A DNA stretch of 62,941 bases, counting the filler, from Anaerolineae bacterium (GTDB lineage: Bacteria > Chloroflexota > Anaerolineae > Epilineales > Epilineaceae), in the NCBI GenBank assembly GCA_029262755.1. It is 5 parts of 5 records of this genome, joined end to end, with 100 filler letters (N's around TTAATTAATTAA, not from the genome) between each part and the next. Parts side by side here need not be neighbours in the genome. Positions count along the whole stretch, not along the records: positions 19,862 to 37,891 come from JAJCYU010000063.1; positions 37,992 to 51,799 come from JAJCYU010000065.1; 3 more parts are not named here. The stretch is one strand, 5' to 3'. Positions 31,094 to 41,800 of the stretch are shown here, piece by piece. Within the stretch, counting starts at the first letter, position 1. Every line of letters starts with the position of its first letter. Position numbers and translations under genes: made by a program. Below the pieces are notes generated by a model, which searched no databases, was not told the DNA's origin, and was given only the letters and a program-made list of their open reading frames with translations.

Positions 31094-31262
31094 GCCTTCG
31101 GGGCAGGGTGAGACGCGCGGCCGCGACCGCGATCGTCAATTCCCGACCGGCGGTATGGGGGACACGCCCCCGAGCCCGCGAGCCGCGGGCGGCGTTCGCG
31201 CCGCATCGTGGCAGACCCGGTGAGATGCCGGGGCCGACGGTACAGTCCGGATGGGAGAAGGC
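31094..31262 (+). ncRNA. FMN riboswitch (RFN element)
   Basis: CTTCGGGGCAGGGTGA...ATTCCCGACCGGCGGT...AGCCCGCGAG...GCAGACCCGGTGAGATGCCGGGGCCGACGGTACAGTCCGGATGGGAGAAG; P1 GCCTTC/GAAGGC; directly upstream of rib genes. Confidence 0.96.
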
Positions 31263-31325
31263 ATCGACCGTGCGTGGTCGCCCGTGATCGGCGACCTTTC
31301 GTTCGGCGTTGCACCCATGCCTTGC

Positions 31326-31352
31326 GGGCCCTTGAGCCCGGAGGGTTTTTTT
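31326..31352 (+). terminator. intrinsic terminator, probable riboswitch expression platform
   Basis: GGGCCCTT-loop-GAGGGTTT stem running into a T7 tract between the aptamer and ribD. Confidence 0.7.
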
Positions 31353-31407
31353 CTTGCCTGTTGCTCGCTCGTCCGCCGATAGCCACCGTGATGCCCCGTC
31401 CGTGCCC

Positions 31408-32571
31408 ATGGCGCGTGCGCTTGCGTTGGCAGCGTCCGTCGCCGGCCGAACCCGGCCGAACCCGCCGGTCGGCGCGGTGGTCGTGCGCGACGGCGTCACG
31501 GTGGGCGAGGGCGCGACGATGCCGGCCGGTGGTCCGCACGCCGAGGTCACGGCGCTGTCCGAGGCCGGCGATGCGGCGCGGGGCGGGACGCTCTACACGA
31601 CCCTGGAGCCCTGCTGCCACCACGGGCGAACGCCACCGTGCACGGACGCCGTGCTGCGCGCCGGCATTACGCACGTCATCGTGGCGACGCGCGACCCCAA
31701 CCCGCTTGTGGACGGCGGCGGCGTCGCGCGCCTGCGTGACGCGGGCGTTGCGGTCGAAGTCGGCGACGGCGAAGAACAAGCACGGCAGCTCTATGCCCCC
31801 TTCGCCCACTGGGTGACGTCCGGCCGCCCCTTCGTGACGGCCAAGTACGCGATGACGCTCGACGGGCGCATCGCCACCCGGACCGGGCACAGCCGCTGGG
31901 TGAGCGGGCCCGAGGCGCGGCGCCTGGCCCATCGGTGGCGCGATACGCATGACGCGATCCTGGTCGGCGTCGGCACGGTGATCGCCGACGATCCGAGCCT
32001 GACGACCCGCCTGGGCAACACGGAGAGGGAGCCGCACCATCCGCTGCGCATCGTCCTCGACAGCGGCGGCCGCGCGCCGCTTGGCGCACGGCTGTTCGAT
32101 CCGGCTCTTCCCGGCGAGACGTGGGTGGCCACCACGGACCGGATGTCCACCGATCACGCCGCAGCGCTGTTTGAACGTGGCGTCACGGTGCTCACGCTGC
32201 CGGAAGACCCGGACGGGCGCGTGGCGCTACCCGCGCTCCTCGACGCCCTCGGCGAGCGCGAGCGCACCTCGCTGCTGGTGGAAGGCGGATCCGCGGTGTT
32301 GGGCGCCTTCTTCGCGGCGCGGCTGGTACAGCGGCTGCGCGTGTTCATCGCGCCGAAGATCGTCGGGGGGGCACGCGCGCCGGGCCCCATCGGCGATCCC
32401 GGCATCGCAACCATGGACGGCGCGATAGCCATAGAAGGAGCCGGCATGGATACCGTGGGCGCCGATTGGCTGATCCGCGCCGAGCTGTACGACCCTTGGC
32501 CACCTCATGAAAGGACGCGTGACGAATGTTCACCGGTATCGTCGAAGAGTTGGGCCGCGTCCGCGCGTTGA
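31408..32571 (+). CDS. ribD: bifunctional riboflavin deaminase/reductase
   Basis: PNPPVGAVVV, HAE, TLEPCCHHGRTPPC, KYAMTLDG, LLVEGG; start uncertain (31354-31408). Confidence 0.96.
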   Translation: MARALALAASVAGRTRPNPPVGAVVVRDGVTVGEGATMPAGGPHAEVTALSEAGDAARGGTLYTTLEPCCHHGRTPPCTDAVLRAGITHVIVATRDPNPLVDGGGVARLRDAGVAVEVGDGEEQARQLYAPFAHWVTSGRPFVTAKYAMTLDGRIATRTGHSRWVSGPEARRLAHRWRDTHDAILVGVGTVIADDPSLTTRLGNTEREPHHPLRIVLDSGGRAPLGARLFDPALPGETWVATTDRMSTDHAAALFERGVTVLTLPEDPDGRVALPALLDALGERERTSLLVEGGSAVLGAFFAARLVQRLRVFIAPKIVGGARAPGPIGDPGIATMDGAIAIEGAGMDTVGADWLIRAELYDPWPPHERTRDECSPVSSKSWAASAR

Positions 32572-33179
32572 CGCCCCTGGGGGACGTCATCCGCATGGAC
32601 GTTGCGGCAGCTACGGTCATGTCCGACCTCGCGGTCGGCGACAGCATTGCGGTCAACGGAGTCTGCCTGACGGCCGTCGCGCTGCATGAGGCGGGCTTTG
32701 CGGTAGAGATCGTGCCCGAGACGTTGCGCCGCTCCAGCTTGGGGGCGTTGCAGCCCGGCGATTCGATCAACCTCGAGCGCTCGGTCACGCCGACGACCCG
32801 CATGGGCGGTCACTTCGTGCAGGGCCACGTCGACGGGCGAGGCGAGGTGCTGCGGATCGTACCGGACGGCGCGGGCGGCTCCGTGCTCGTGACGATCGGC
32901 GCCGATCCCTCCGTCATGCGCTTCGTGGTGCCCAAGGGCTTCATCTGCGTGGACGGAGCCAGCCTCACGATCGTGGACCACGACGAGGTTTCGTTCCGTA
33001 TCGCGCTGATCCCGCACACCCTCGAGCATACGATCGCCGGCGCGGCTTATGCGCCCGGGCATCCGGTCAACCTTGAAGCCGACATTCTGGGCAAGTACAT
33101 CGCCCGCCTTCTGGAACACGGCACGCAGGATGCCCTTCCAGCCTTGCTGTTCACTGCCACCCAAGGGGAATCCGCATGA
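32526..33179 (+). CDS. ribE: riboflavin synthase
   Basis: MFTGIVEE N-terminus, GDSIAVNGVCLT, GGHFVQGHVD. Confidence 0.97.
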   Translation: MFTGIVEELGRVRALTPLGDVIRMDVAAATVMSDLAVGDSIAVNGVCLTAVALHEAGFAVEIVPETLRRSSLGALQPGDSINLERSVTPTTRMGGHFVQGHVDGRGEVLRIVPDGAGGSVLVTIGADPSVMRFVVPKGFICVDGASLTIVDHDEVSFRIALIPHTLEHTIAGAAYAPGHPVNLEADILGKYIARLLEHGTQDALPALLFTATQGESA

Positions 33180-33940
33180 TCTGGAGCACCGTTGCCGAAG
33201 CGCTGGACGAGGTCAGGGCCGGGCGCCCTCTCATCGTCACGGACGCGATGGATCGCGAGAACGAAGGCGACCTCGTCGTCGCGGCGGAACATGCCACGCC
33301 CGAGGTCGTGAACTTCATGGTGACGCACGGTCGCGGCCTGGTGTGCGTGCCGATGGAATCCGCGCGGCTCGACGCACTTGATCTGCCGTTGTTGGTCGCC
33401 GACAACACGACGCCCAACGGCACGGCGTTCACCGTGCCCGTCGACGTCCGTACGGGCACCACGACCGGCATCTCCGCCTTCGATCGCGCGCGAACCATCC
33501 AGGCGCTGATCGATCCCGCGACACGCCCGGACGACTTACTTCGTCCCGGCCACATCTTCCCCCTCCGCGCCGATCCCGGCGGCGTCCAAGCCCGTCAGGG
33601 GCACACCGAAGCCGCCGTCGAGCTCGCACGCCTTGCCGGGTGCCATCCAGCGGGCGTCGTATGCGAGATCCTCGCCGAAGACGGATCCATGGCCCGCGGC
33701 GACGCGCTGCAGGCCTTCGCCGAACGCCATGCGCTGCGCACCGTAGCGATCGACGATCTCGTCGCATGGCTGGCAGCGCAAACCGCCGCATCGTCGCCCG
33801 ACGCGGCGCGCCCGACGGCACCCGCGCCCCGCATCGTTTCGTCCGGCACTGCGGCACACACGCCGGCCACGATGGACCCACGGGCCACGAGCGCCCCGCG
33901 GGTTGCCGGCGGGCTTACGGCCCTGGCCGGCGGGCAATAG
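33176..33940 (+). CDS. ribB: 3,4-dihydroxy-2-butanone-4-phosphate synthase (stand-alone)
   Basis: DRENEGDL, TAFTV, TTGISAFDRA, RPGHIFPL, RQGHTEA; no GTP cyclohydrolase II domain. Confidence 0.95.
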   Translation: MIWSTVAEALDEVRAGRPLIVTDAMDRENEGDLVVAAEHATPEVVNFMVTHGRGLVCVPMESARLDALDLPLLVADNTTPNGTAFTVPVDVRTGTTTGISAFDRARTIQALIDPATRPDDLLRPGHIFPLRADPGGVQARQGHTEAAVELARLAGCHPAGVVCEILAEDGSMARGDALQAFAERHALRTVAIDDLVAWLAAQTAASSPDAARPTAPAPRIVSSGTAAHTPATMDPRATSAPRVAGGLTALAGGQ

Positions 33941-33943
33941 CGC

Positions 33944-34435
33944 ATGGGCACCGTGTACGAAGGTGAGTCGAGCGGCGCGGGCCTGCGCATGGCCATCGTG
34001 GTCGCACGCTTCAACGAGCGGATCACATCGTCGCTGCTGGAGGGCGCATGCGGGGCCTTGCGTCGCGCCGGCGTGGCCGAGGACGACATCGACATCGCTT
34101 GGGTGCCCGGCGCGTGGGAGATACCCGTCGCGGCCGGCTGGTTCGCCCGCGCCGGCCGCTACGACGCGGTGATCTGCCTTGGCGCCGTGATCCGTGGCGG
34201 AACGCCGCACTTCGACTATGTGGCGGGCGAGGCTTTGGCGGGCGCCGCCGCCCTGGCGCGCGAGACCGGCACGCCCGTGACCGCGGGCATCCTCACGACG
34301 GACACCACGGAGCAAGCGGTCGAACGCGCCGGCGTAAAGCACGGCAACAAGGGTGCGGACGCGGCGGCGGCGGCGGTCGAGATGGCGACGCTGCGCCGGC
34401 ACATGGGCAACGTTGCGGCCGACGCCGGTGCTTGA
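33944..34435 (+). CDS. ribH: 6,7-dimethyl-8-ribityllumazine synthase
   Basis: [35 protein letters not shown]. Confidence 0.97.
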   Translation: MGTVYEGESSGAGLRMAIVVARFNERITSSLLEGACGALRRAGVAEDDIDIAWVPGAWEIPVAAGWFARAGRYDAVICLGAVIRGGTPHFDYVAGEALAGAAALARETGTPVTAGILTTDTTEQAVERAGVKHGNKGADAAAAAVEMATLRRHMGNVAADAGA

Positions 34436-34438
34436 ACC

Positions 34439-35953
34439 GTGAACCGACCGGCGCAACGCGCGGCAAGCCGTGGCATCCACCGCCTCTTCGATTCCCCAAC
34501 GTCGCGCGTTCCGCGACGTGCGCTTCGCGCCTTCGTTCCATGCGCGTTCGTATTGACGATCTTCCTTTCCGGTTGCCAGGTGCCGCCGCCGCCCGGCGCG
34601 ACCGCGGTGCCGACCCTTTCTCCGTTCCGCGACCCTTCCGTCGATCTACGTACTGCGACGCCTTCTTCGTCGTCCTCGCGCGATGCGTTGCCGACCGACA
34701 CGGACGTGAGCTCCCGTCCGGAAGCCGGGAATCCAGAGCCGACCACCGGATCCCCGACCCAGCCCCCATCCGAAGGCGCGGCGGCCGCGTCGTTCGATCC
34801 GGCAGACCCCGACACGCTGCTCGCCGCGGCCCGAAGGGGCGGCGATTACCTCACGCGCGCGACGGGACCCGAAGGCCGCTACACCTATCGCTATCGCGCG
34901 GCGACGAACGAATCGGTGGGCGGCTACAACATCCTGCGGCATGCCGGGACGACCTTCAGCCTGCTCCAACTCTTCCGCGAAACCCGCGACCCCCTGCACC
35001 TTGCGGCCGGAGAGCGCGCCATCGAAGCCCTGTTGGCCGCCACCGGACCATGCCCCGGCCCGACGGGTTTCATCGCACCTGCCGAAGCCGCGGCCGCGGC
35101 GGCCGGCATCGCGCCCCCCCGGCTGCTCTGTGTTGCCGAGGACGGTGAGGTCAAGCTCGGCGGCAACGCGCTGGCCGTGGTCGCGCTCGTCGAGCACGCC
35201 GAGGCGACCGGCTCGCGACGATTCGTGGCGGAGGCCCAGGCGCTGGCACGCTGGATCGTCGCCGTTCAGTCCGCGGAGGGTGAGTTTGTGGTCCACAAGA
35301 TCACGGAGCCGGATGGCAACCCAACCGACTTCGTGTCCGGCTACTACCCCGGCGAGGCGTTGTTGGCCTTGCTACGGCTCTACGAGCTGGATGGTGACCG
35401 GGCCTGGCTCGACGCCGCGGAGCGCGGCGGCCGCTGGCTCATCGACGTGCGCGACGGAACTGTGGCCGACGACGACCTCGCCCACGACCACTGGCTGCTC
35501 TACGCGCTGGCCCGCCTGCACCGACATGCACCGGACCCTGTGTGGGTGGCCCATGCATCCCGTCTTTCGCGGGCGATTCTCGATGCGCAACTGCGTCCGA
35601 ATCAGCTCTTCCCCGGGGAGGAATTGTGGGCCGGCGGCTGGTACCGTCCGCCCCGCTCGACACCGGCCGCGACGCGGTCCGAGGGTCTTGCGTCCGCGTG
35701 GGCGATGATCCGCGAATCCGGCGACGACGCGCTAGCCGACGCCGTGCTTAACGGCCTTCTCCGCGCAGCGGCGTACCAGCTGCGCACGCAGGTCGACATC
35801 GCAACGGCAACCGGCTGGCCCGCCCCGGCGGCCGCCGTAGGCGGCTTTCGCCGCGATCTCGATAGCGACGAAATCCGGATCGACTACGTGCAGCACAACA
35901 TCTCCGCGCTGTTGCTGTTGCGCGAGGTGTTGCTGGTGTCGGGTCGCGGCTAG
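34439..35953 (+). CDS. putative lipoprotein with helical-repeat (alpha/alpha-barrel-like) domain
   Basis: FLSGC lipobox, Pro/Ser linker, YNILRHAGT, KLGGNAL, YYPGEALLAL, DHW, IRIDYVQHNISAL; fold is inferred. Confidence 0.7.
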   Translation: MNRPAQRAASRGIHRLFDSPTSRVPRRALRAFVPCAFVLTIFLSGCQVPPPPGATAVPTLSPFRDPSVDLRTATPSSSSSRDALPTDTDVSSRPEAGNPEPTTGSPTQPPSEGAAAASFDPADPDTLLAAARRGGDYLTRATGPEGRYTYRYRAATNESVGGYNILRHAGTTFSLLQLFRETRDPLHLAAGERAIEALLAATGPCPGPTGFIAPAEAAAAAAGIAPPRLLCVAEDGEVKLGGNALAVVALVEHAEATGSRRFVAEAQALARWIVAVQSAEGEFVVHKITEPDGNPTDFVSGYYPGEALLALLRLYELDGDRAWLDAAERGGRWLIDVRDGTVADDDLAHDHWLLYALARLHRHAPDPVWVAHASRLSRAILDAQLRPNQLFPGEELWAGGWYRPPRSTPAATRSEGLASAWAMIRESGDDALADAVLNGLLRAAAYQLRTQVDIATATGWPAPAAAVGGFRRDLDSDEIRIDYVQHNISALLLLREVLLVSGRG

Positions 35954-35968
35954 CGCGAGTAGTCGAGC

Positions 35969-37828
35969 ATGATCAACCGCGAAGCTCCGGACGCCGCTCG
36001 TCCAGTTTCGCTTGAAGCCTGCGCCGCGGAGCACCGCAACCAAGGGGAGATCCCTGTGATCCTCGATGAGACCAAGACGCTTCCACGACGGTTGCCCTGC
36101 AACCGGACCACCATGCTCATCCTCGCGGGTTCCGCCCTTGCACTGGCATGGCTGCTTGCCGGGGAATCGGCTATCCGTTCGTCGAACTTGTTCCAACCAA
36201 TGGATGAGCGCACGCCTCCACCACGCCTCGCGGCCGTCTCGGACGGTGGGGTGCTCGTGATCACGACCAGGATCGGACGCCATGTGGCTCGCCGCTACGA
36301 CGGGGCGGGGACCCTGGTCGACTCCTGGGCAGGCGACGGCACCGTGACGGCAGCGACCGCGCGCGCGGCCGGCGACGTGTTTGCAATCGTCGCCGAGGTC
36401 GACGCGCCTCGGATTGTTCGGTATACCCTCGCCGGAAGACCCGTGGGCGGATGGGAGCTTGAGGAGGTCCCCACCGCACTCGCCGTCACCACCGACGGCC
36501 GTGTCGCGGTTGCCATCCCGGACAGCGGGCTTGCTGTGTACTCTGTAGAGGGAGAAGCCCTGGACGATTGGCTCATCGACGAGGAAATCGTGGACGCAGC
36601 ACCGTCTGGCGACGGGGGTGTTTGGTTGTTGGTACGCGGGCCGGAACAAGGTGGGTCCTCGCTGATCGAGCTCGACGATTCGGGCGAGGAGCGCCGCCGC
36701 ATCCGTGTCGCCGGGGAGGCGCGCAGCCTCAGTGTGGATCGCGCGACCCCTGCCGGCCCCGTCTACATCGCGAGCCGGACGGTCGCGGGCGGGCGTGTAT
36801 ACCGTGTTGCGACGGACGGCACCGTGGAAACACTCGTGGCGGACGAGCCCGTAACCCTCGCTGCCGTCGGCGACACGCTCTATGCAATCGACGGTGATTG
36901 GTACGCCCCGCAGGTGCGCGCGTACTCAACGACCGGGAGCGTCAATCGGGAGTGGCGGGACGCTCCGGCGCCCGCGTCGTTGGCATTGGACGCCTCGGGC
37001 CGCGCCTACGTGGCCGCGGATACGCTAGGCACCCGCACGGTCACGCGCTTCGACGAGCAGGGTGCGATCGAAGCAACCTGGCAGCTCGGGGGGCCGGCTA
37101 GGGACCTGGCGGCTCGTCGGGGCGATGTCTTCGTCCTCACCGACGACAACGGTACGCCGGAACTCCGGTCTTTCGACATTGCCGGCAGAACCCTCCTCGT
37201 CGCGTCGCCGTCTGATGCTTCTCGCTCCTTCGCGGCGCATCCGGCGGGAGGCTTCCTCGTCGTCGACGATCGGGGCGATTCCGTTCGATTGGATGCGAAC
37301 GGGGTGACCGAGGGAATGTGGGGTCTCAGCGGTCAGCCGTTGGCGGTCACGACCTCACTCGGCGGTGTGCCCTTCGTGCTCGAGTGGGATGCCTCGGAAG
37401 GCATCGTAATTCGTAGCTACACGGACGAAGGAGAGCTTGTCACAGAATCGAGCGTCGGGCAGCAAGGAATCGACCTCACGCTCGCCTCGGACGGCCAACT
37501 CCTGGTCGCGACGGACCGATCCATTCTAACCTTCGACGACACCGGCACTGCTACGAACGAATGGGAGATTGATGGCACGGTGCTCGCCGTCTCGGTTGGC
37601 GCGTTGGGCGATCCGGGCCGGTACGTGCTTGTGACGGCGGAGGATGGTCTGATGCTCGATCGCTACGATGCCGAGGGTGCGCGGCTGCGTCGTACCGTGC
37701 TCGCGAGCTCGGTCCCTCCCCCCGCCAGCGCGACACCCGATCCAAGCGCAAGCCCGACTCCTCACGCCACGCCTGACCCGATGTTCGCACCGGCCACGTA
37801 TCTTCCGTGGGCCGGCAGCACGCGCTAG
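35969..37828 (+). CDS. secreted NHL-like beta-propeller protein with C-terminal TYLPWAG motif
   Basis: ~40-aa repeats ending in ...G...W; Pro/Thr linker; start may be downstream (ATG near 36113). Confidence 0.7.
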   Translation: MINREAPDAARPVSLEACAAEHRNQGEIPVILDETKTLPRRLPCNRTTMLILAGSALALAWLLAGESAIRSSNLFQPMDERTPPPRLAAVSDGGVLVITTRIGRHVARRYDGAGTLVDSWAGDGTVTAATARAAGDVFAIVAEVDAPRIVRYTLAGRPVGGWELEEVPTALAVTTDGRVAVAIPDSGLAVYSVEGEALDDWLIDEEIVDAAPSGDGGVWLLVRGPEQGGSSLIELDDSGEERRRIRVAGEARSLSVDRATPAGPVYIASRTVAGGRVYRVATDGTVETLVADEPVTLAAVGDTLYAIDGDWYAPQVRAYSTTGSVNREWRDAPAPASLALDASGRAYVAADTLGTRTVTRFDEQGAIEATWQLGGPARDLAARRGDVFVLTDDNGTPELRSFDIAGRTLLVASPSDASRSFAAHPAGGFLVVDDRGDSVRLDANGVTEGMWGLSGQPLAVTTSLGGVPFVLEWDASEGIVIRSYTDEGELVTESSVGQQGIDLTLASDGQLLVATDRSILTFDDTGTATNEWEIDGTVLAVSVGALGDPGRYVLVTAEDGLMLDRYDAEGARLRRTVLASSVPPPASATPDPSASPTPHATPDPMFAPATYLPWAGSTR

Positions 37829-37857
37829 GGCTCGACATGGCACCCTCCCAACGAAAC

Positions 37858-37887
37858 GCGGGTGTTCGGCCGAAGCCGATCACCCGC
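37858..37887 (+). terminator. hairpin after the beta-propeller gene
   Basis: GCGGGTGTTCGGC-CGAA-GCCGATCACCCGC with one mismatch, at contig end. Confidence 0.6.
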
Positions 37888-37891
37888 ACTT

Positions 37892-37991
37892 NNNNNNNNN
37901 NNNNNNNNNNNNNNNNNNNNNNNNNNNNNNNNNNNTTAATTAATTAANNNNNNNNNNNNNNNNNNNNNNNNNNNNNNNNNNNNNNNNNNNN
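37892..37991. other. artificial contig linker
   Basis: N run containing TTAATTAATTAA. Confidence 0.98.
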
Positions 37992-38238
37992 TCGGCGATC
38001 ACCCGGAAATGATGGACCCACGATGGACTGGGGTTGGCGCTGGGCGCGGGCGGGGAGTTCGTCCACCTCGGCCGAAGCGCATGAAACGGGTCCGCGGATC
38101 GGTCGCAGCAAACAGGCCGTTGTGCCCATAGAAATGCCCGTAGCGCGCCGCGCCCGCGGCCCGTTGAAGGTACCGTAGCGACCCTGCCGTATCTCCCAGC
38201 ATGGGTCTCGCGTCTTTAAGTGCGATAGCACGAGCGGA

Positions 38239-38802
38239 GTGCACACCGTGAGCGAACAGGATAAGGACCTGCGTCGACGCGCCGAGGCTCTCGAGCCGGA
38301 AGCGCTGGCCCAGATCTACGATCAATACGCGAGCAAGCTCTACAGCTACGTCTACCACCGTACCGGCAACGGTTCGGTGGCCGAGGACCTGACCAGCGAC
38401 GTCTTCGTGCGCATGCTCGAGGCGATCCAACAGGACAGGGCTTGGAAGACGAGCCTGCAGGGTTGGTTGTATCGCATCGCTCACAATCTGGTGGTCGATC
38501 ACTTCCGACGAAGCAGCAAACGGGATGGCGTGGAGCTGGACGAGCGCTGGATGGCACCCGACAACGATTCGATGACCTTTGAAGGACTCTTCCACTCCAA
38601 CCAGTTACGGCTCGGCATGCGGTTTCTGACCGACGAGCAGCAGCAGGTGGTGATCTTGAAGTTCGTGGAAGGTCTCAGCAACGCGGAGGTCGCGGAGATC
38701 CTCGGCAAAACCGAGGGCGCGATCAAGGCGCTTCAGCATAGGGCGCTCACGGCTCTACGTAGGGTGGTGGGCACAGAGAGACACGCGGAAGTACCCGCGT
38801 AA
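38239..38802 (+). CDS. ECF sigma-70 factor
   Basis: AEDLTSDVF, WLYRIAHNLVVDHFR (region 2); LTDEQQQVVILKF...AEVAEILGKTEGAIKALQHRAL (region 4). Confidence 0.95.
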   Translation: MHTVSEQDKDLRRRAEALEPEALAQIYDQYASKLYSYVYHRTGNGSVAEDLTSDVFVRMLEAIQQDRAWKTSLQGWLYRIAHNLVVDHFRRSSKRDGVELDERWMAPDNDSMTFEGLFHSNQLRLGMRFLTDEQQQVVILKFVEGLSNAEVAEILGKTEGAIKALQHRALTALRRVVGTERHAEVPA

Positions 38803-38867
38803 CAGGGTTGGCTTTGGTTTGGCTTGATTGGACGGTTTTTTCGAATTCGGAACGGGGGAAGGCGAGC

Positions 38868-41800
38868 ATGCGGGAGGGGAAGCGCAACGGGGATCACCCG
38901 GACGCACGAGTGGCGGAAGCCCTCGATGCGTGTGTGGTCCGCATGCGCGAAGGGGACAGCCTAGAACAATGCTTGGCGGATTTCCCCGACCTCGCGGCGG
39001 AGCTGCGTGCGCTGCTTGGGGTCGCGGAGGCCCTGGATGGCCGGGATGGCGCGGGGGCGCGTTCCGTATCGGTTACCGGTGCTCCATCCGTCGGCCGTAG
39101 CACGGCAGCATCCGACCTGGCCGACACGGCCGCGTTGACCGGCGTCACGCCGCCGCCCGCGCCTCGGGGTTTGCGCCCCGGACGCGCTCGCATGCTGGCC
39201 GCCGCGCAGGCGATGCGCAGCGGGACCACACCACAAGCTGCCGGCATGCATTCCGATCCAGCCTTCGCCGATCCAGTCATGGACGGCCAGGCCGCGCGGA
39301 CATCGGAAGACGCCTCCCTCATGCACGGCGCCGCCGACCTGCCCGAGCTTCTCGATCGCGCCTTGGCGCGCATCGCTGCAGGTGTTTCTACCGAACAGAT
39401 TCTCGCCGAGCTGGCGGGTCGTCCGCGTACCGTCGCAACATTACGTCCTTTGTTGGATACGGCGCAGCGCGTACAAGCGGCGGCCGTCGAGCCGCAGGCG
39501 TCGGCCGCGCTGGCCGCCGGCCTGGATCGCTTGTTGGCGACGGCGCGCTCGATGGCGTCGTCTGTGACGGCGTCCGCTGCGCAGACCGCTACGAAGCCCG
39601 CGGATGCCCGCAACGGGCACGCCTCGAAGCACTCGGTCCAACAGACCTTCGCCACGGACGGCTTGGCGCCCGCCCTTGATGCCGCCATCGAGCGCATCAC
39701 CGGAGGTTCGGACGTCCATGCCGCGCTCAGCGCACATCGCGATGAACCGGCCGTTGCCGCCGCACTGGCACCGCTCCTCGACCTTGCCGCGCACCTGCGT
39801 TCCGACGTATGGACCGTGCCCGACAAGGATGCGGCCGTGGCGCGTGCGCGATCGCGATTCCTGACCGTGGCCGCGACGGCGCGCTCTGTAGTCCAGGCCG
39901 CGGGCGCCTCGCTTGAGGCTGCGCACGAGAGTGCCGCGTCGGAGCTCGTGCATGCAGCCCAACAGACGGACACGTCGGCCGCAGATGAACGCAGCGCGGC
40001 TGCCGGCTCCGAGAGTGATTGGTTGGACGCCGCGCTGACGTGGCGCCGAGAACAGCCGTTGCGCAGCGCGATGGATGCGCTGCGCGCCGTCGGTGTGCCG
40101 GCCGCGAGTCGCCCGGAGTTGATGGCACTGCTGTCTATGGCCGAACACGCGCAGACCGAAGCCGTCGTGCCGCCCGTGCCGTCCGAGGCATCGGCCCGCG
40201 AACGCTTCCTCGCTGCGGCGTCCGTCGCCGCGAGCGCCGTTGCACAGGACCACGTATCGCCCGCGTTGCTGGAGCGGCTCGACCAAGCGGTCGCCCGCGT
40301 GAAGGCGGGCACGAACGTCGAGAGCGCGTTGCTTGCTGCGGGTACACCTGCGGATCAGGCCATGCTACGCGATTTGCTGGCGGTGGCGGGCTGGGTGACC
40401 ACGGATCACGTCACGGCGCCGATCCCGGCCGACGGTCTGGCCGCGGGCAGAGCACGCTTCCTCGCGGTCGGCGCAGAAGCGCGTCGTCACCGCGTCGCCA
40501 TGGCCCGCACCGGGCAGCGGGCAGCCGAAACACGACGCCCTGTGCGCGAAACAGCCGTCGCGGCGTGGTTTGCCACGTTGCGCGGCTTCGTGAACGGCGG
40601 CTTGGCCTCCGGGCCCCGCGCCGCCGCGATGGCGGCCGGCGTTTTGCTCATGTTCCTCGGCGCGAACGCCGTTGCCTATCCGGCCTATGCCAACACCCTG
40701 CCCGGCGAACCGCTGTATGCGATGAAGCGGCTTTCGCGCAGCACCCGTCTGGTAGTCGTGGGCGCGTTGTCACCGGTCAGCCCGGAGCGGGCCGACACGT
40801 GGCGCGGCCAGATTGAGCAAGATCGGGTGCAGGAAGTCCGTCAATTGCAGGACGACGGTCGCAAGGAAGTTGCGGAGTTCAGCGGTCGCCTCGCCGGATA
40901 TCAGCGTGTCGGTGAAGGCTCCAGCGGCTACGGCTCTATCCACGTAGCCGTCGAGCAGGACGAACCGGATCTAGGCCTGGAGCTGGTGATCGTCGGTTGG
41001 GACGCCGACACGGAGTTCAGCTTGCCGGCCGGCTATCCGGACATGGACGCCGTGCCGCGTGGAGCGCCGATCTCGGTGCGCGTCCAGACCGGCACCGAGC
41101 GTCTGCGGGCTCTGCGTGTGCGGATCGGGTTGTTGACACCCACCGAGGTGCTCACCGCGACGCCCACCACCACCGCAACACAACGGACTCCGGCCTCTCC
41201 GAACCCCTCGGGTACGGGCACGCCGACCCTCGTGCCGACGGTGCCCGTCTCCGCCACCGCGACCCTCAGCGCAACCCTAACGCCGGCCGCCAGCCCGACC
41301 GTCAGCGCCACGGCAACGATCCCGCTGCCGACGCTAACGCCGGTCTTGACGCCGACGCTCGCCGCCACGCCGACCGCCACGCCGCCGCGGCCCGGTAAGT
41401 CCGTTGCGCGGCCGGATACGGAAGTCGTACGCGGCTACGTAGTCGATCTGTCGCACAACGTGGACGCCGGTCACTGGGTCCTCGTGTTGCAGATCGGCGA
41501 GGACGCGGCGAACCAACGCAAGATCGATGTCTCGGCCCTAGCCTTGGACAAGAACGTGGCTACCGAATGGTCCGCGATGCGTCCCGGAGCGCGGGTGGCG
41601 CTGGACGTGCTGCCGCGCGACGACGGGCGGATGTGGGTGGCCAAGAGCTTCGCCGGCCGTGTCAAGGCGCCCAGCTGCTCGAACGGACAGCGCATTGCCG
41701 TGGTCGCCGCCTATGAAGCCGGTCAATCCCTGCGGCTGCACGGCGAGGACACGGAGTTCAGGCTCAACGAGATGGCGGAAGACGCGCTCGTCGGGCAGGT

